Assembly: GCA_000004695.1 (NCBI GenBank)
Contig: CM000153.2
Coordinates: 352,001 to 416,000 of the forward strand
Origin: Dictyostelium discoideum
Lineage: Eukaryota
DNA: 64,000 nt
Reading direction: 5' to 3'
Part shown: piece after piece, positions 1 through 12,548 of the stretch
How the letters are laid out: the number at the start of each line of letters is the position of its first letter
Position numbering within the stretch: position 1 is the stretch's first letter
Position numbers and translations under genes: made by a program
Notes under the pieces: generated by a model
The model's input: only the letters and a program-made list of their open reading frames with translations
Databases searched by the model: none
What the model was told of the DNA's origin: nothing

Positions 1-334
1 TAAAATAAAAAGAAAAAAACTCTTTTTATTTGAAGGTCTTTCTCAAAAATTTAACAACGATTGAAAAAAAAAAAAAAAATAAAAAAAAAAAAAAAAAAAA
101 AAAAAAATAAAATTTTTAATTTTTTTTTATTTTTTTTTTTATTTTTTTTTCATTTTTTCTAATCTGAAATTTCGATTTGAAAAGATAATGAAAGTGCAGA
201 CTTATGAAAAAATAAAATATTTTTAAATTTCAATTTTATTATATTTATTTTATTTTAAGTAAAAATAAAAAATTGAAAAAAAAAAATAAAAAAGAACTTG
301 TTTTATTTATTATATAAAATTATGAAAGTAATCA

Positions 335-388
<54 letters not shown>

Positions 389-481
389 GTGGATAAACAA
401 AAAAGGATATAGGTAAAACATTATTATTTTATTTTATTTAACTTTATATTATTATTTTTTTTTTTTTTTTTTTTTTTTTTA

Positions 482-1822
482 TTATTTTTGTTTTAAAGTG
501 AATTTATTTGGAAAATGAATGATGGTTTGATAGACAATCCGAGAAACAAGTTCATTGGCCCTATTTTCCATACTTGGGATATCTTCTCCATTGTAGCGGC
601 CACTCAACAAATAATTTAGATAGTTTTGATTTTCATTAAATTCCCTTTTAATATTTAGTTCGTAAGGACCAATAGATGCTGTAATTTCTTTACTGTTTAT
701 ATAAGAATTGAAATAAGTTCTTTTATCACTTTCAACATGTGAAATTTCCATCTTTGTTTGATTTAAAAAATAAAAAGAATCATTGTATATTAAATTACTG
801 GTAATGCTTCCATTGATTATTTTATTATCTGTACCATTTTGTTTAAAAATTGAAAGTAAATCTTGATTTTTAAACCAAGGTAATTCCAATAATTGTTTAG
901 CACAGTACCTAGAATTTGGATCGACCCTAAGAGCATATCCCAATACTTCTTTACATTCATTTGATAAATAGCTATGAATTATTGGAAAATTATTAGAATC
1001 TTTTTTCAAATCACCAAACATTTCAAGAATGGCTAATCCGAAACACCAAATATCAGCTTTTCTTCCTTTTTTACCATTAGTGAAATTTTCCGGTGGAAGG
1101 TAATCATAGGTTCCTGCAAGAGAACTGAATATGGAGTTATCTGGTTCCCTTATTACTGACAACCCAAAATCAATTAATATTGGGTCATTATTTTCATCCA
1201 ATAAAATATTATTAATTTTGATATCTCTATGAATTATCGGATTTTCAAGAGAGTGTAAATAGTTGATAGCTTCTAAAAGCTTTTTAAATAATTTCCTACC
1301 TTCAGAATTTGTAAATGTTGGTGATTTTGCTATAGTTCTAAGTGTACCTTTTTCATAATATTTCATGATTATATAGTAAAACCTATCATCTCTACCCCAC
1401 CCAATTAATTTTATAATGTTTGGGTGGTCTAATGATTCAAGGATTCCGATTTCACTTTTAATCTAATTTTTAAAAATAAAAAATAATAAAAAAGAAAAAA
1501 CACTATTAGTAATAATTTTTATATATGATTAAAAATTAGGTTAATCAACTTATTTTACCTTTGATTCATTATTTTTAATTTCTATTTTTTTTATTGCAAT
1601 TGATTCATAGTTATTATTGTTATTGTTGTTATTGTTTATTAAATTTTCATTTTTTTTTTTTTTAAATAGTTTAACTTTCCCAAATGCTCCATTTTTAATA
1701 GAGTTACTAAATTGGTATTGATCTATGTCAAATTCAGATGAAAACTTCCTTTGAATAAAGTTAAATTCAGATGAAAACTTGCTTTTCTTATCCCCACCTT
1801 GATGTATTGTTAAACCAGTCAT
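482..1822 (-). CDS. Ser/Thr protein kinase. Kinase-domain exons are 482..1462 and 1559..1822. The intron 1463..1558 has donor AAG|GTAAAA and acceptor AATTAG|.
   Basis: The translation contains GAFGKV (glycine loop), AIKKI (catalytic Lys), HPNIIKL, HRDIKINNILL, DFGLS and a kinase C-lobe. When spliced the exons are in phase. The stop is at 482-484. Confidence 0.8.
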
Positions 1823-1828
1823 ATTTTA

Positions 1829-1840
1829 GATAATACTAGA

Positions 1841-1905
<65 letters not shown>

Positions 1906-2212
1906 AAAGATTTTTATTTTTTTTTGTGTAAAAAATATTAAATGCTCTTTGAAATTTTATATTCTGTAAAATAGGTATTCCCCAGTCTTTTAGTACTTCA
2001 TATTTCATAATTTCTAAATAAGATCCATCGAATTTATGTTTATCAAATAAATCCATTACATCTTGACCAATATTAAAATCATTTATCCATTTTAATATTG
2101 TAGGATTATCCCATGCATCATAATTACCAACAGATAACCAGTCTACTTCATTACTTCTTGCTGCATCAAAGCTGGGACCAAGTTGATTATTTTTTGGAAT
2201 TTTTGGTTCCAT
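1829..2212 (-). CDS. SAM (sterile alpha motif) domain ORF directly upstream of the kinase and in the same frame, separated from it only by TAA (1826-1828) and AAT.
   Basis: The segment LKWINDFNIGQDVMDLFDKHKFDGSYLEIMKYEVLKDWGIPILQNIKFQRAF fits the SAM fold consensus. An (AAT)n tract encodes poly-N at its C-terminal end. The geometry suggests a SAM-kinase (samk-like) gene carrying an internal nonsense codon. Confidence 0.55.
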
Positions 2213-3267
2213 TTTTAGTTACAAATTATAGGTTTGAAAAAAAAAAAAAAAAAATTAATTAATCAATAATAATAATTTTAATCAAATTTATATTTTTTTT
2301 TTTTTTAATATTTTTAATTTTTTTTTTTTTTAATATTTTTAAAAATATTTTTTTTTTTTCAATTTTTTTTTCTCCACCAAAAATACTTATATTTTTGAGT
2401 GAACTTAAAAAAAGTGTTTGATCTCATTATTCCTCAAACCATTGATCTGATTACAGAAACCCAAAACAACAAAAAATATCTAAATTTTTTTGGGTTTTTT
2501 GTAATTATAAAATTATAAAAATTAATAATAAAATTTTTTTATCAAAAAGATTCAAATAATTTTTATCGAAATGGTTTTTCTAATAAAAGTTGTATCTCAA
2601 AATTTTAAATAACACCCTAAAATTTTTTTTTTTTTTATTCTCTAAAAAAAAAAAGAGATCAACATAATTAAAAATAAAAAAATAAAATAATTTAAGAAAT
2701 CAGTATTTTCATTTTTTTTAATTTTAATTTTATAAAAATTTTTTATTGGTTGTTCCAATTTTACAAAACATCAAGTAACCAATTATTTTTTTTATTAATT
2801 TTTTTATTTTTCTATTTTTTCATTTAATTAATAGTTTATTATCTTTATAATTGAAAAAATTGAAAAATTGAAAAATTGAAAAATTAAAAAAAAAAAAAAT
2901 TATTGTATTTTTGGGTGCTCTATTTATTATACTTAATTCATCAGAAAGCAAATCAAGATAAAAAAAAAAAAAATAAAAAACTTTATATTATAAAAACAAA
3001 TAACATCCAAAAAATGATTTAATACAATTTTTTTTTTTTTATTTTTTTTGATTTTGATCAAATGAAATCAAATCAAAAAATGAAAAAATAAAGAAATAAT
3101 AATAATAATAATAATAATTTACATGTGAAAAATATCTCTGCCAAACGAAAAATTTGAAATGGGTTGAATTGGAACAAATTTTTTAATGTTCATAAAAGAA
3201 ATTCTAAAAATAAACTAAAATTTTAAAATAAATTTTTAAAAATATGAACAGTCATTTAGTTCGAATT

Positions 3268-3308
<41 letters not shown>

Positions 3309-4369
3309 CATTGTTAATTAATTGTAAATAAAAATGTTTGTTTTATAACACACTTAGAAAAAAAAAAAAAAATAAAAAAAAATTAAAAAAAAAAATAAAA
3401 AAAATAAAAATAAAAAAAAAACAATTTTTACTAAGATTTATTAAAAAATTGAAATATTTAAATTTAGATCTAAGAAAAAAAAAAGGAAAAATAAAAAAAA
3501 TAAAAAAATATAAAGAAAACAATTTGGAAACAATTTGTCAAAATCGAGTTTGCAGAGATGGGGTGAATTAATAATAAAAATAAAAGAAATTTTAATTGTT
3601 TAAAATCGGAATATATTATATTCACTCTTTTGGCATCAGTAGCAAAGAAAATATTTGATGGTAATTTTTTACCTTGATGAATCAAATCAAGTTTTAAAAT
3701 TGCATTTGCAAATTTATTTGGATCACCATTTGAAGTCAAAAGTTACTATGTCAAACTTCTTCAAAAAATGCCAATGTACTTCAATGGGTTAGTATCAAAC
3801 TAGATATGAATGCCAAAGTTGTCAGCTATACATCTATCCTACTTGACTCTATTATTATCACCAAAATATTAATATTAAAAAAAATAATAATAAAAAAAAA
3901 AAATTAAAAAATAATTTATAACCCACAAAATAAAATTAAAATACATGTAAAAAAATAATAACCCCCTTTACATAAAATAGATAATTTCTTAATTTAGAAT
4001 TTTAAAACAAAAGAAAAATAAAAACAATGAACCCTCAAATAAAAAAAAAAATAATAATAATTATAGTAATAATAACTAAAAACAAAAATAAAAAATAAAA
4101 TATCCACTTAAACAAAAATTAAATTTATATGATTATATAAAATAATTTTTTTTTTTTAATCCTGTTTTTAATGAAATATTAGAAATTTTTCCAATATCCA
4201 TTACAAAATTTTTAAAAAGTGTTTTTATTATTTTATTTTTTTTTTTTGACACTAATTTTAAAAAAAAAAATTTAAATTAAAATTAAAATTAAAATTAAAA
4301 TTATTATAAATAAAAAAAAAAAATGATAAAATAAAAAAAAAAAAATAACATTTAAAGATAAAAAAAAAA

Positions 4370-5076
4370 ATGATTGGGAGAATTAGTTCTAAAACCACTG
4401 CATTATTTATTTGTGATATCCAGACAAGCTTTTTAAAAACTGTTACCCAAATTGAGGAATTAATAATAAATAATAAAAGCCTGGTATTTATTTATGAAAA
4501 AAAAAAAAAAAATAAAAAAAAAATAAAAAAAAAATAAAAAAATTTAAATTTCCATATATTAATAATTTTTTTATTCTTTTTCAAAAGATGGATTCATGTT
4601 TAGAATTTAAAATTCCAATTATAATGACACAGCATGATAAAAATTTATTTGGTGAAATTGTTGAACCATTGAGATATTCTTCTTCTTCTTCTTCTTCATT
4701 ATCAAATGTTATGGTATTTGACAAAATAGCATATTCGATGTATACTAAGGAATTGGCTCAATATGTGAAAGAAAATTTACCAAATTTAAAATCAGTTATA
4801 TTAACAGGTTTAGAATCACATGTTTGTGTACTTCAAACAGCATTGGATTTATTAGAAAACGGATACGAAGTTCATGTTATAGATGATGCAACAACATCGG
4901 TACAACCGAAAGAATATAAATCTTCACTTAAACGTATGAAACAATCTGGTGTTTTTTTAACTTCAACTGAAACTGTAATTTATCAAATTCTTCAAAGTGA
5001 TAATCATCCAAAATTTAAAAAAATCGATGAATTAATTGTTAAAAGATTATTTCAAATAAATAATATAAATAAATAA
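4370..5076 (+). CDS. Isochorismatase-family protein (ISOC1/ISOC2-like hydrolase). Exons are 4370..4483 and 4588..5076.
   Basis: Exon 1 MIGRISSKTTALFICDIQTSF plus exon 2 ...LESHVCVLQTALDLLENGYEVHVIDDATTSVQPKEYKSSLKRMKQSGVFLTSTETVIYQIL matches the conserved core of animal ISOC proteins. The intron has donor CTG|GTATTT and acceptor CAAAAG|ATG. Confidence 0.8.
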
Positions 5077-5147
5077 TAATAAACTTTTAAAAATAAAAAT
5101 ATCCAAAGATAATTATTTCATTTTTTTATTTTTTTTATTTTAACACT

Positions 5148-5356
5148 TTGCAGTGCGAAAATATTTATTTGGAATTTTCTTTGCTTTTTAAAAAAACCAC
5201 ATTTTTTCAATTTCTTATGAGAAATTTTTTTTTTTTTTTTTTTATAAAAAAAAAAAAAATAAAGAGTAAAGAGAAACAAGGATTATTAGATACTATAAAT
5301 GAATTAAAAACAGAGATAATACAATTAAAATCAAAAATTTCAATTCTAGAATGTAC

Positions 5357-5449
<93 letters not shown>

Positions 5450-5573
5450 TAATAATAATGATAATAGTAATAAAGATGTTGATACTGAGAAAGATATAGA
5501 TACAAAAATGGAGGAATTAAAGAATAAATATATAAAGATATTAAAAAAATTGCAAAATCGAAATATGGTATAA
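5148..5573 (+). CDS. Hypothetical small coiled-coil protein with a poly-N tract. The true start is uncertain.
   Basis: Open frame with the heptad-like stretch LLDTINELKTEIIQLKSKISILE. The 5' end lies in low-complexity sequence. Confidence 0.2.
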
Positions 5574-6762
5574 AAGCAACACCAAAATAGTCAATTTTAT
5601 TAGAAAGTATTATTATTAATAATAATTATTTTGGAAAGTTTATAAAAATAAATATTTAAATAGACAAATTTTTAATCATGTATATACAGGTGAACATACA
5701 TTAAAGTATGATGAAATTTTCAATTTTAATTATTTAGTTGAACAAGGTGAAATTGGATTAATTAAAGATAAAGTAAATAGAAATCAATATTTAACAAATT
5801 TCAATAAACAATCTTTTTCAAAAACTTTATTCAAAAATTAAAGAATTTTATTCAAATTTTTTTAAATTTTATCCAAAGATTTCATTAAAAGGAATTAAAT
5901 CCCTCATCAGTCATTCACAACTTTCACTGGATTTTACCCACGTTAATGGAATTATTATATGGAAAGGATTATTTAATTATTTATTTCATTTCAAAATATT
6001 AAACATTTAATTTTGCAAATAATGTTTTACAATTTTAAAAGGTGGTTTCAAAATATCAATATCAATTATAGATTGGTTATGTAAATACTTTAAAAATTCA
6101 AATATCAACTGATATTACAACTCAACTTTTAAATAATAATAATTATTATGAAAAATGTAATAAAGATACTCAAATTGAATAAGATGTTATCAGATGGTAG
6201 AGAGAATATTATTATTACAAAAATAATTTGTCTCACATGATGATAAATCTGTAAAAGTTTTATTAAATTTACTACATTGTACTCAATGTTTAATTGATCC
6301 CGATTTCTCATTATTAGTAAATCCAAATTTTGATTCAAGTTGTAAAGATGATGATGATTCTCGTAAATGGGTAATTCCCGTTGCTGTCGTTGTTTCAGTT
6401 ATTGGTGTTGCAATTCTTGTAATTGTTTGTTTTATAATTTATAAAAGAAGTATCTTAATAAAAGTACAAGTACATAAACTTAAAAATTAAAAAATTGAAA
6501 ATTAAAAAAAAAAAAAAAATTTGTGTATGTGTGTAGTGTTGGAAATTATTTTTTAATATGAAAAATCAGTGTGTGAGATAATTTGAGATTTGCACTAAAT
6601 GATTATTTTTTTTATTTTTTTATTTTTATTTTTTTTTATTTTTTTGTTTTCATATTTTCATTTTTTTTTTTATTTTTTATTTTTTATTTTTTAAAAATAT
6701 CAAATTGTCGTTGTGTTTATTATACATATATATATATATAAACATTTAAACCAAAAATTACA

Positions 6763-7168
6763 ATGGATAATAATTCAAATAAAAGTAATAATATTAAAAA
6801 TACTTTACAAAGAAGAAATAAGTTATTTGCATTTGGAATATTAGGTGTAATTGGTTTAGGTTTATTATTCCCACTTTATTATATAACATCAAAACAAGAT
6901 AAACAAAAAATTGAAAAATATTCAAAAGGATCAGGTGTTAGAGGTAGTTTTTTAAATTCTGGTTCAAGTGTATGTAAAATAAATTATCAATAATAATAAT
7001 AATGGTAAAAATAAATATTTATTAAAAAAAAAAAAAAAAAAACAGGATATAGGTAAAGATACCACAACATATAAAAATAATTATGAAGAACACAAAAGAA
7101 AAATGACCGAAAAACATATTATTGAAGATATTAATAAAAATAATAATAATAATGATAACAAAAATTAA
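6763..7168 (+). CDS. Small single-TM protein, possibly COX16-like. Exons are 6763..6969 and 7046..7168.
   Basis: RRNKLFAFGILGVIGLGLLFPLYY resembles the COX16 N-terminal TM region. The donor AGT|GTATGT and acceptor AACAG|GAT give a phase-0 junction, and the short second exon ends at TAA 7166-7168. Confidence 0.35.
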
Positions 7169-7273
7169 TTAATTTTTTGAAAATAAAAAATAGACTTGTA
7201 CAAAAAAAAAATAAAAAAAAAAAAAAATAAAATAAAATAAAAAAAAAAATAAAAATTGATATATTTATTTAAT

Positions 7274-8656
7274 TTATTTATTTAAATATTTTTTAATTAA
7301 TTGATCAGCTAAAACTAAATCAATTTTTTCAATATTATAATCATCATTACCTTTAACTAATTCATTTAAGATTTGTTGATTTGCTAAACCAATTTTTTGA
7401 GCATAAGCGTATGGTTGAGTTGAGAAAGAAATTAATTCATAACGACTAATATAACGTGAAGGGAATTTAACTTCTAATAAATGTTCAACCTTTTTCTTGA
7501 AAAGGAATAAAGCATCACCAACATGATCACGCATTTCAAAAAAGTTTTCAACTGCCATTTCAGCAATAGCATCAGAATTTGCTTTTCTATTCTCTTGATA
7601 TTTTTTATAAATATTATTGAAATGATCATTATCAAATGGTTTATCAGTGGAGGATGGGTAGAGTGATTTATCCTCAAAACAATTAAATAATTCTAAAACA
7701 TCTTCAAATGCTGCATTCATACCTTGACCATAGAATGGAACGATAGCATGTGCAGCATCACCAACTAATACTACTTTACCTTGATAATGGTATGGTTCAG
7801 TTTTAACGGTGACTAATGATGAGGTTGGATTCTCAAAATAGTCATCCAAAAGATCTGGCATTAATTTATAGGCATCAGGGAAATAATCTTTAAAGAATTG
7901 GTCAACCTTTTCTCTTGTGTCTAGGGATGAGAAACTTAATGGACCGTCGAATGGGAAGAAAAGGGTGCATGTGAAACTTCCATCGATATTTGGCAAAGCG
8001 ATCATCATGAATGAACCACGTGGCCAAATGTGAAGTGAGTTTTTGTCGATTTGAAATGTTTGATTTGGGCCGCTTGGTATGCAAAGTTCCTTATAACCAT
8101 GCTTTAAATAAGATTGGGAGTAGTCTTGTCTGTCCAATTTCACCATAGATCCTCTGACGGCAGAGAAGGCACCATCGCAACCGATGATTGTGGATGCTTC
8201 GATTGTTTGATTGGAATCTTGAGTTTGAATTGTACATTGCTTCAAATCAATAGATTTACAAGCATCAGAGAATATGAATTTAACATTTTCCAATTTCTCT
8301 GTATGTTCACGTAATCTATCATTTAATAATTGACGTGATACACTATATAAATGTTTATTTGAATCTGAACTGTATGCTTGAAATGTTTGAACACTATCTA
8401 ATGAATGAATCATTCTACCTTTCATTGGTATTGCAATCTTTAATATATCATCAACATATCCTGTCTTTGTCAATGTTTTTACACCACGATCTGATAATGC
8501 TAAATTAATTGATCTTGCTCTAATATTTTCACTTTGTTTTGGTCTTTTTTCTATAACTTGAATTGGAAATCCTTTTTGTCCTAATAATAATGCTAATGCA
8601 CTACCTGCTAATCCACCACCAACAATTGTAATTGGTTTATTTAAAAGAATATCCAT
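7274..8656 (-). CDS. kmo: Kynurenine 3-monooxygenase (FAD-dependent)
   Basis: N-terminal GGGLAGS FAD-binding motif, the stretch ARSINLALSDRG, an internal DG motif and a GDAAH signature. Single 460-aa exon colinear with KMO proteins. Confidence 0.9.
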   Translation of the reverse strand: MDILLNKPITIVGGGLAGSALALLLGQKGFPIQVIEKRPKQSENIRARSINLALSDRGVKTLTKTGYVDDILKIAIPMKGRMIHSLDSVQTFQAYSSDSNKHLYSVSRQLLNDRLREHTEKLENVKFIFSDACKSIDLKQCTIQTQDSNQTIEASTIIGCDGAFSAVRGSMVKLDRQDYSQSYLKHGYKELCIPSGPNQTFQIDKNSLHIWPRGSFMMIALPNIDGSFTCTLFFPFDGPLSFSSLDTREKVDQFFKDYFPDAYKLMPDLLDDYFENPTSSLVTVKTEPYHYQGKVVLVGDAAHAIVPFYGQGMNAAFEDVLELFNCFEDKSLYPSSTDKPFDNDHFNNIYKKYQENRKANSDAIAEMAVENFFEMRDHVGDALFLFKKKVEHLLEVKFPSRYISRYELISFSTQPYAYAQKIGLANQQILNELVKGNDDYNIEKIDLVLADQLIKKYLNK

Positions 8657-8796
8657 TATTAAATTATTTATGAAAAAAAAAAAATAAAAAATAAAAAATA
8701 AAAAAGTGTGATAAAAAATAAAAAAAGAAATTTGATTTTAAAAAATTAATTAAAAAAAAAAAATAAAATAAAATAAAAATAAAAAAAAAAATAAAA

Positions 8797-8841
<45 letters not shown>

Positions 8842-9298
8842 AAAATCATTTTTTTCATTTTTAAAAAATTAAACGAAAACCCAAATCATTTCATTAATTC
8901 ATATATTCCATTAAAAAAAAGAATATATATATACATTTTTAAATTATAAAAATGTTTAGATCATTAAATAAATTATTAATTTCAAATAATTTAATTATAA
9001 AAAAAAATAATATAATAATACCCTATAATTATAAATTTTCAATTAAAAATAATAATAATAATAATAATAATTTTATATATAGGAATTTTTGTAATAATAA
9101 TAATAATAAAAACAATAATAATAATAATAATAATATTGATGAATGTAAGAAAAAATTAAAATTATTATTTCTGAAAAAAAAAAAAAAAAAATTAATTATT
9201 TATTTATTTAATTTTTTTTATTTTTTTTTTTTTATTTTTATTTAATAGTATTTAATAAAACAAGTATACCACCAAATATTGTTTTTAGATTAAATTTA

Positions 9299-10348
9299 AT
9301 GGGTAAAAAAAGTAAAGAGTTAAGGAATATGATTGATAGTAATATGGGATTAGGACAAAGTGAAATTAAGAAAATTTCAAAAGAGTTACAAGAAACTGCA
9401 GAACCATTGGGATATTTTGGAGATTTGATAGAGAAATTAAAAGAATTAAAAGAGTTACAAACAATGTTGGTTGAAGAAACTGATGAGGATGGTAAACAAA
9501 TGATAAAATCTGATATAAATAAATTGAAGCAAGAAGAGATTGAACCATTGGAGAAACAATTACTATTTAGTTTATTACCAGGTAGCAAAGATGATGCAGG
9601 TGATGCAATATTGGAGATTAGGGCAGGCACGGGCGGCAGTGAGGCTCAGTTGTTTACACAGGACGTGTATGAGATGTATCGTAGTTATTGCCTGCAAAAA
9701 GGGTGGACTTTCGAGCCATTGGAGTTGTCAGTCACCGAGGTGGGCGGCTATCGTGACGTGACCGTGTCGGTGTCGGGCAAAGGCGTGTTTGGGTTCTTAA
9801 AGTACGAATCGGGCGTCCACCGTGTCCAGCGTGTGCCATTGACCGAGACCCAGGGTCGTATCCATACGAGTACCATCACAGTGGCTATATTGCCTGAGCC
9901 TAAGGATGTGGATATTCAAATCCACGATAGAGATTTGAAAGTCGATATCTACCGTTCGTCAGGTAATGGTGGCCAATCTGTAAATACCACTGATTCCGCC
10001 GTGAGAATCACTCATTTGCCAACGGGTATAACTGTGGCAATGCAAGATGAACGTTCTCAACATCAGAATCGTTCAAAAGCAATGAAAATCTTAAAAGCTC
10101 GTATCTATGAAAGAGAACGTATACGTTTACAAAATGAACGTGTATCTGAAAGAAATGCTCAAATTGGTTCAGCTTTACGTTCTGAACGTATTCGTACTTA
10201 TAATTATCCTCAAGATCGTATCACTGATCATCGTGTTTCAATAAATGGAAATTTAAATAGTTGTATGAATTCTGATGGTTTGGATTCTTTTATTGATGAA
10301 ATTTTAGTTGAATTCCATACCAAAGAATTGGAAGAATTATTAAGTTAA
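9299..10348 (+). CDS. Class-I peptide chain release factor (RF1 type, probably mitochondrial)
   Basis: GGQ motif in [24 protein letters not shown] and RF-1 domain conservation throughout. A possible presequence exon (MFRSLNKLL...) lies upstream at about 8952..9141, but the splice phase is unresolved. Confidence 0.88.
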   Translation: MGKKSKELRNMIDSNMGLGQSEIKKISKELQETAEPLGYFGDLIEKLKELKELQTMLVEETDEDGKQMIKSDINKLKQEEIEPLEKQLLFSLLPGSKDDAGDAILEIRAGTGGSEAQLFTQDVYEMYRSYCLQKGWTFEPLELSVTEVGGYRDVTVSVSGKGVFGFLKYESGVHRVQRVPLTETQGRIHTSTITVAILPEPKDVDIQIHDRDLKVDIYRSSGNGGQSVNTTDSAVRITHLPTGITVAMQDERSQHQNRSKAMKILKARIYERERIRLQNERVSERNAQIGSALRSERIRTYNYPQDRITDHRVSINGNLNSCMNSDGLDSFIDEILVEFHTKELEELLS

Positions 10349-10368
10349 ATTAAATCAAAAAAAATAGG

Positions 10369-10399
<31 letters not shown>

Positions 10400-10728
10400 A
10401 TTTTTTATTATTATTTTTTTTTTTTTTTTAAACACACAAACAATCAGAAAATAAATATATCTTTTTTTTTTTATTTTCCCAAACAACCCCCAACCTGGTG
10501 ATTTTTCCAAAAAAAATAAAAAAATAAAAAAATAAAAAATAAAAAATAAAAAAAAAATATTTAATTTATTTTTTTTTTTTTTTTTTCATAATTAAAATAG
10601 TGCACACACACCAATAATAAATTTATTTATTTATTTGTTTATTTATTTTATTATCATCACCATTGTGTTCACACGACTAAACTATAAATTATATTATATT
10701 ATATTAAATTATTAAATTATATTTATAA

Positions 10729-12548
10729 ATGAGAAGATCACAATTTACAACATTAACACAATCAAATCAAGATGTTTCAAATACTACCAATATATCACCA
10801 CCACAACCACCACATCAAATAATCAATAAAACAAATTATTGTTTATTAATTAAAGATAATAGTAATAATGAACAAAATGATAAATCATTTACATTAAAGA
10901 CTGTTCAATCAAATTGTTCAGAGTCTTTAGAATTTAATATAAAATCATTCATTTATCAAAAAATAACAAAAAATATGATTTATAAATCTGGTTCTTTTGG
11001 TATTTTAGAAAATAATAATAACAATAATAATAATACTCAAAATCAACCAATTAATAATAGTAATAATGATAATAATAATAATAATAATGATAATAGTGAA
11101 AAGAAATTTACGTTATCATGTTTTTATACAATGATTGAAGTACCAATAATACATAATAATACAAATGATGTTAGTAATAATAATAGTAATAGTAAATCAA
11201 CTCCATCTAGTCCAATGAAATTATCAGTATCAGATTTATTAGAAGATGAAGAATTAATATCAAAAAATAATAATTTTCAAGATGATTTAGAAAATTTAAA
11301 TAGTTTAGTAGATTTCTCTATAAATGATGATTTAGATGATATTGTAAATGATATAGATGGTGATGTTTCTTCACCTTCAAATAAAAATACAACATCAACT
11401 AATCTTACAAAAACAGAGAATGATGTAAATTTAAAAAAGAAACAGCTTGAAAACTCATTAAAGGAATATTATTTATGTTTAGTATGTGAAACAGAGAATG
11501 ATGTAAATTTAGGTTTATTCCATTTAGAAATATCTGAATTTTGTTCATCATTAACAATATTAATTAGTGAAATTATTAATAGTAACAATTGTAATAATAA
11601 TGGTAATAATATCACTGATAGTAATAATAATAATATTAGTATATATAGTGATTTATCAATTCAAAATAAATTATCAAATTGGTATTCAAAATGTATAGAT
11701 TATATAAGTAGAGCAGTTAAATTGTTAGATATAAATATTCAATATATAATTTATTCAACACTTACTGGAAACACTTTTAAAATTATAACTTCACCATTGT
11801 CATCATCACCACAAACATTGGCAACAATGAAAACAATATCAGATGATATAATTAGCTTTTTAAAAACTATTAGTATTGTAAATTTATCAACAAAAGAACT
11901 ATCACCAAATCAATTCATAATTAAACCAGATGAAAGTAATAACTCTGTAATATTTGATAATAGTAGTAGTAGTAATAATAATAATAATACAATTGCAAAC
12001 ACAACAAATTATGATTCAATAGATGATACTACCACTGATAATAATAATAATAACAATAATAATAATAATAATGATAATCTATTTATAATCGAAATAAAAG
12101 AATCTGAAGAAAGTAATGATAAATTTAATATTGTTTTAAATAAACATGGTAAGTTTTATTATTTATTATTTATTATTTATTAAGCTGTTTATTAATTTTT
12201 ATTTTTATTATTATTTATTAATTTAAATTATTAGATGATAATTTATTTTGTAAGAAATGGTCAAATAAATATATTGAAAATATAAATAATTCAATTTCAC
12301 TTAGAAATTTATCAGAGGATTTAAAATTGAAGGTTATTCAAGAATTCAATATGTTTAGAAGAATGATTGATATTTCAACTTTAAATAATTATTTATTATA
12401 TAAATCTTTTCTATTTCTAAGTTGTAATGATAATAGTGATATTCTTTTATACCTTTTAAAAAAAGATAACATTCAAGATATCAAAGAGGTTTTAATAGTT
12501 TTAGAGAATCAATTAAAACAACACCAACTTAAAATAAATAATAATTAA
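10729..12548 (+). CDS. Hypothetical Asn/Ser-rich protein. Exons are 10729..12148 and 12235..12548.
   Basis: Long ORF with several poly-N tracts. The donor CATG|GTAAGT at 12149 and acceptor ATTAG|ATG at 12234 keep the downstream ORF (KVIQEFNMFRRMID...) in phase. Confidence 0.55.

Noticed and set aside
1829-1870. A 39-nt GT...AG interval (GTATTATCT...ATCAAG) that would splice out the TAA between SAM and kinase in frame
   Set aside because: It is far shorter than any plausible dictyostelid intron, and it would also delete the kinase ATG region. A nonsense codon or separate expression is more likely.
2856-2890. (GAAAAATT)x4 short tandem repeat
   Set aside because: It is too short and simple to interpret, and probably AT-rich slippage.
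3338-3739. K-rich plus-strand ORF and an 89-aa minus-strand ORF (MTSNGDPNKFANAILKLDLIHQGKK...)
   Set aside because: The plus ORF is a poly-A tract translation. The minus ORF has a plausible peptide but no ATG, stops immediately upstream, and no convincing splice sites. It could be a gene relic, but I could not support it.
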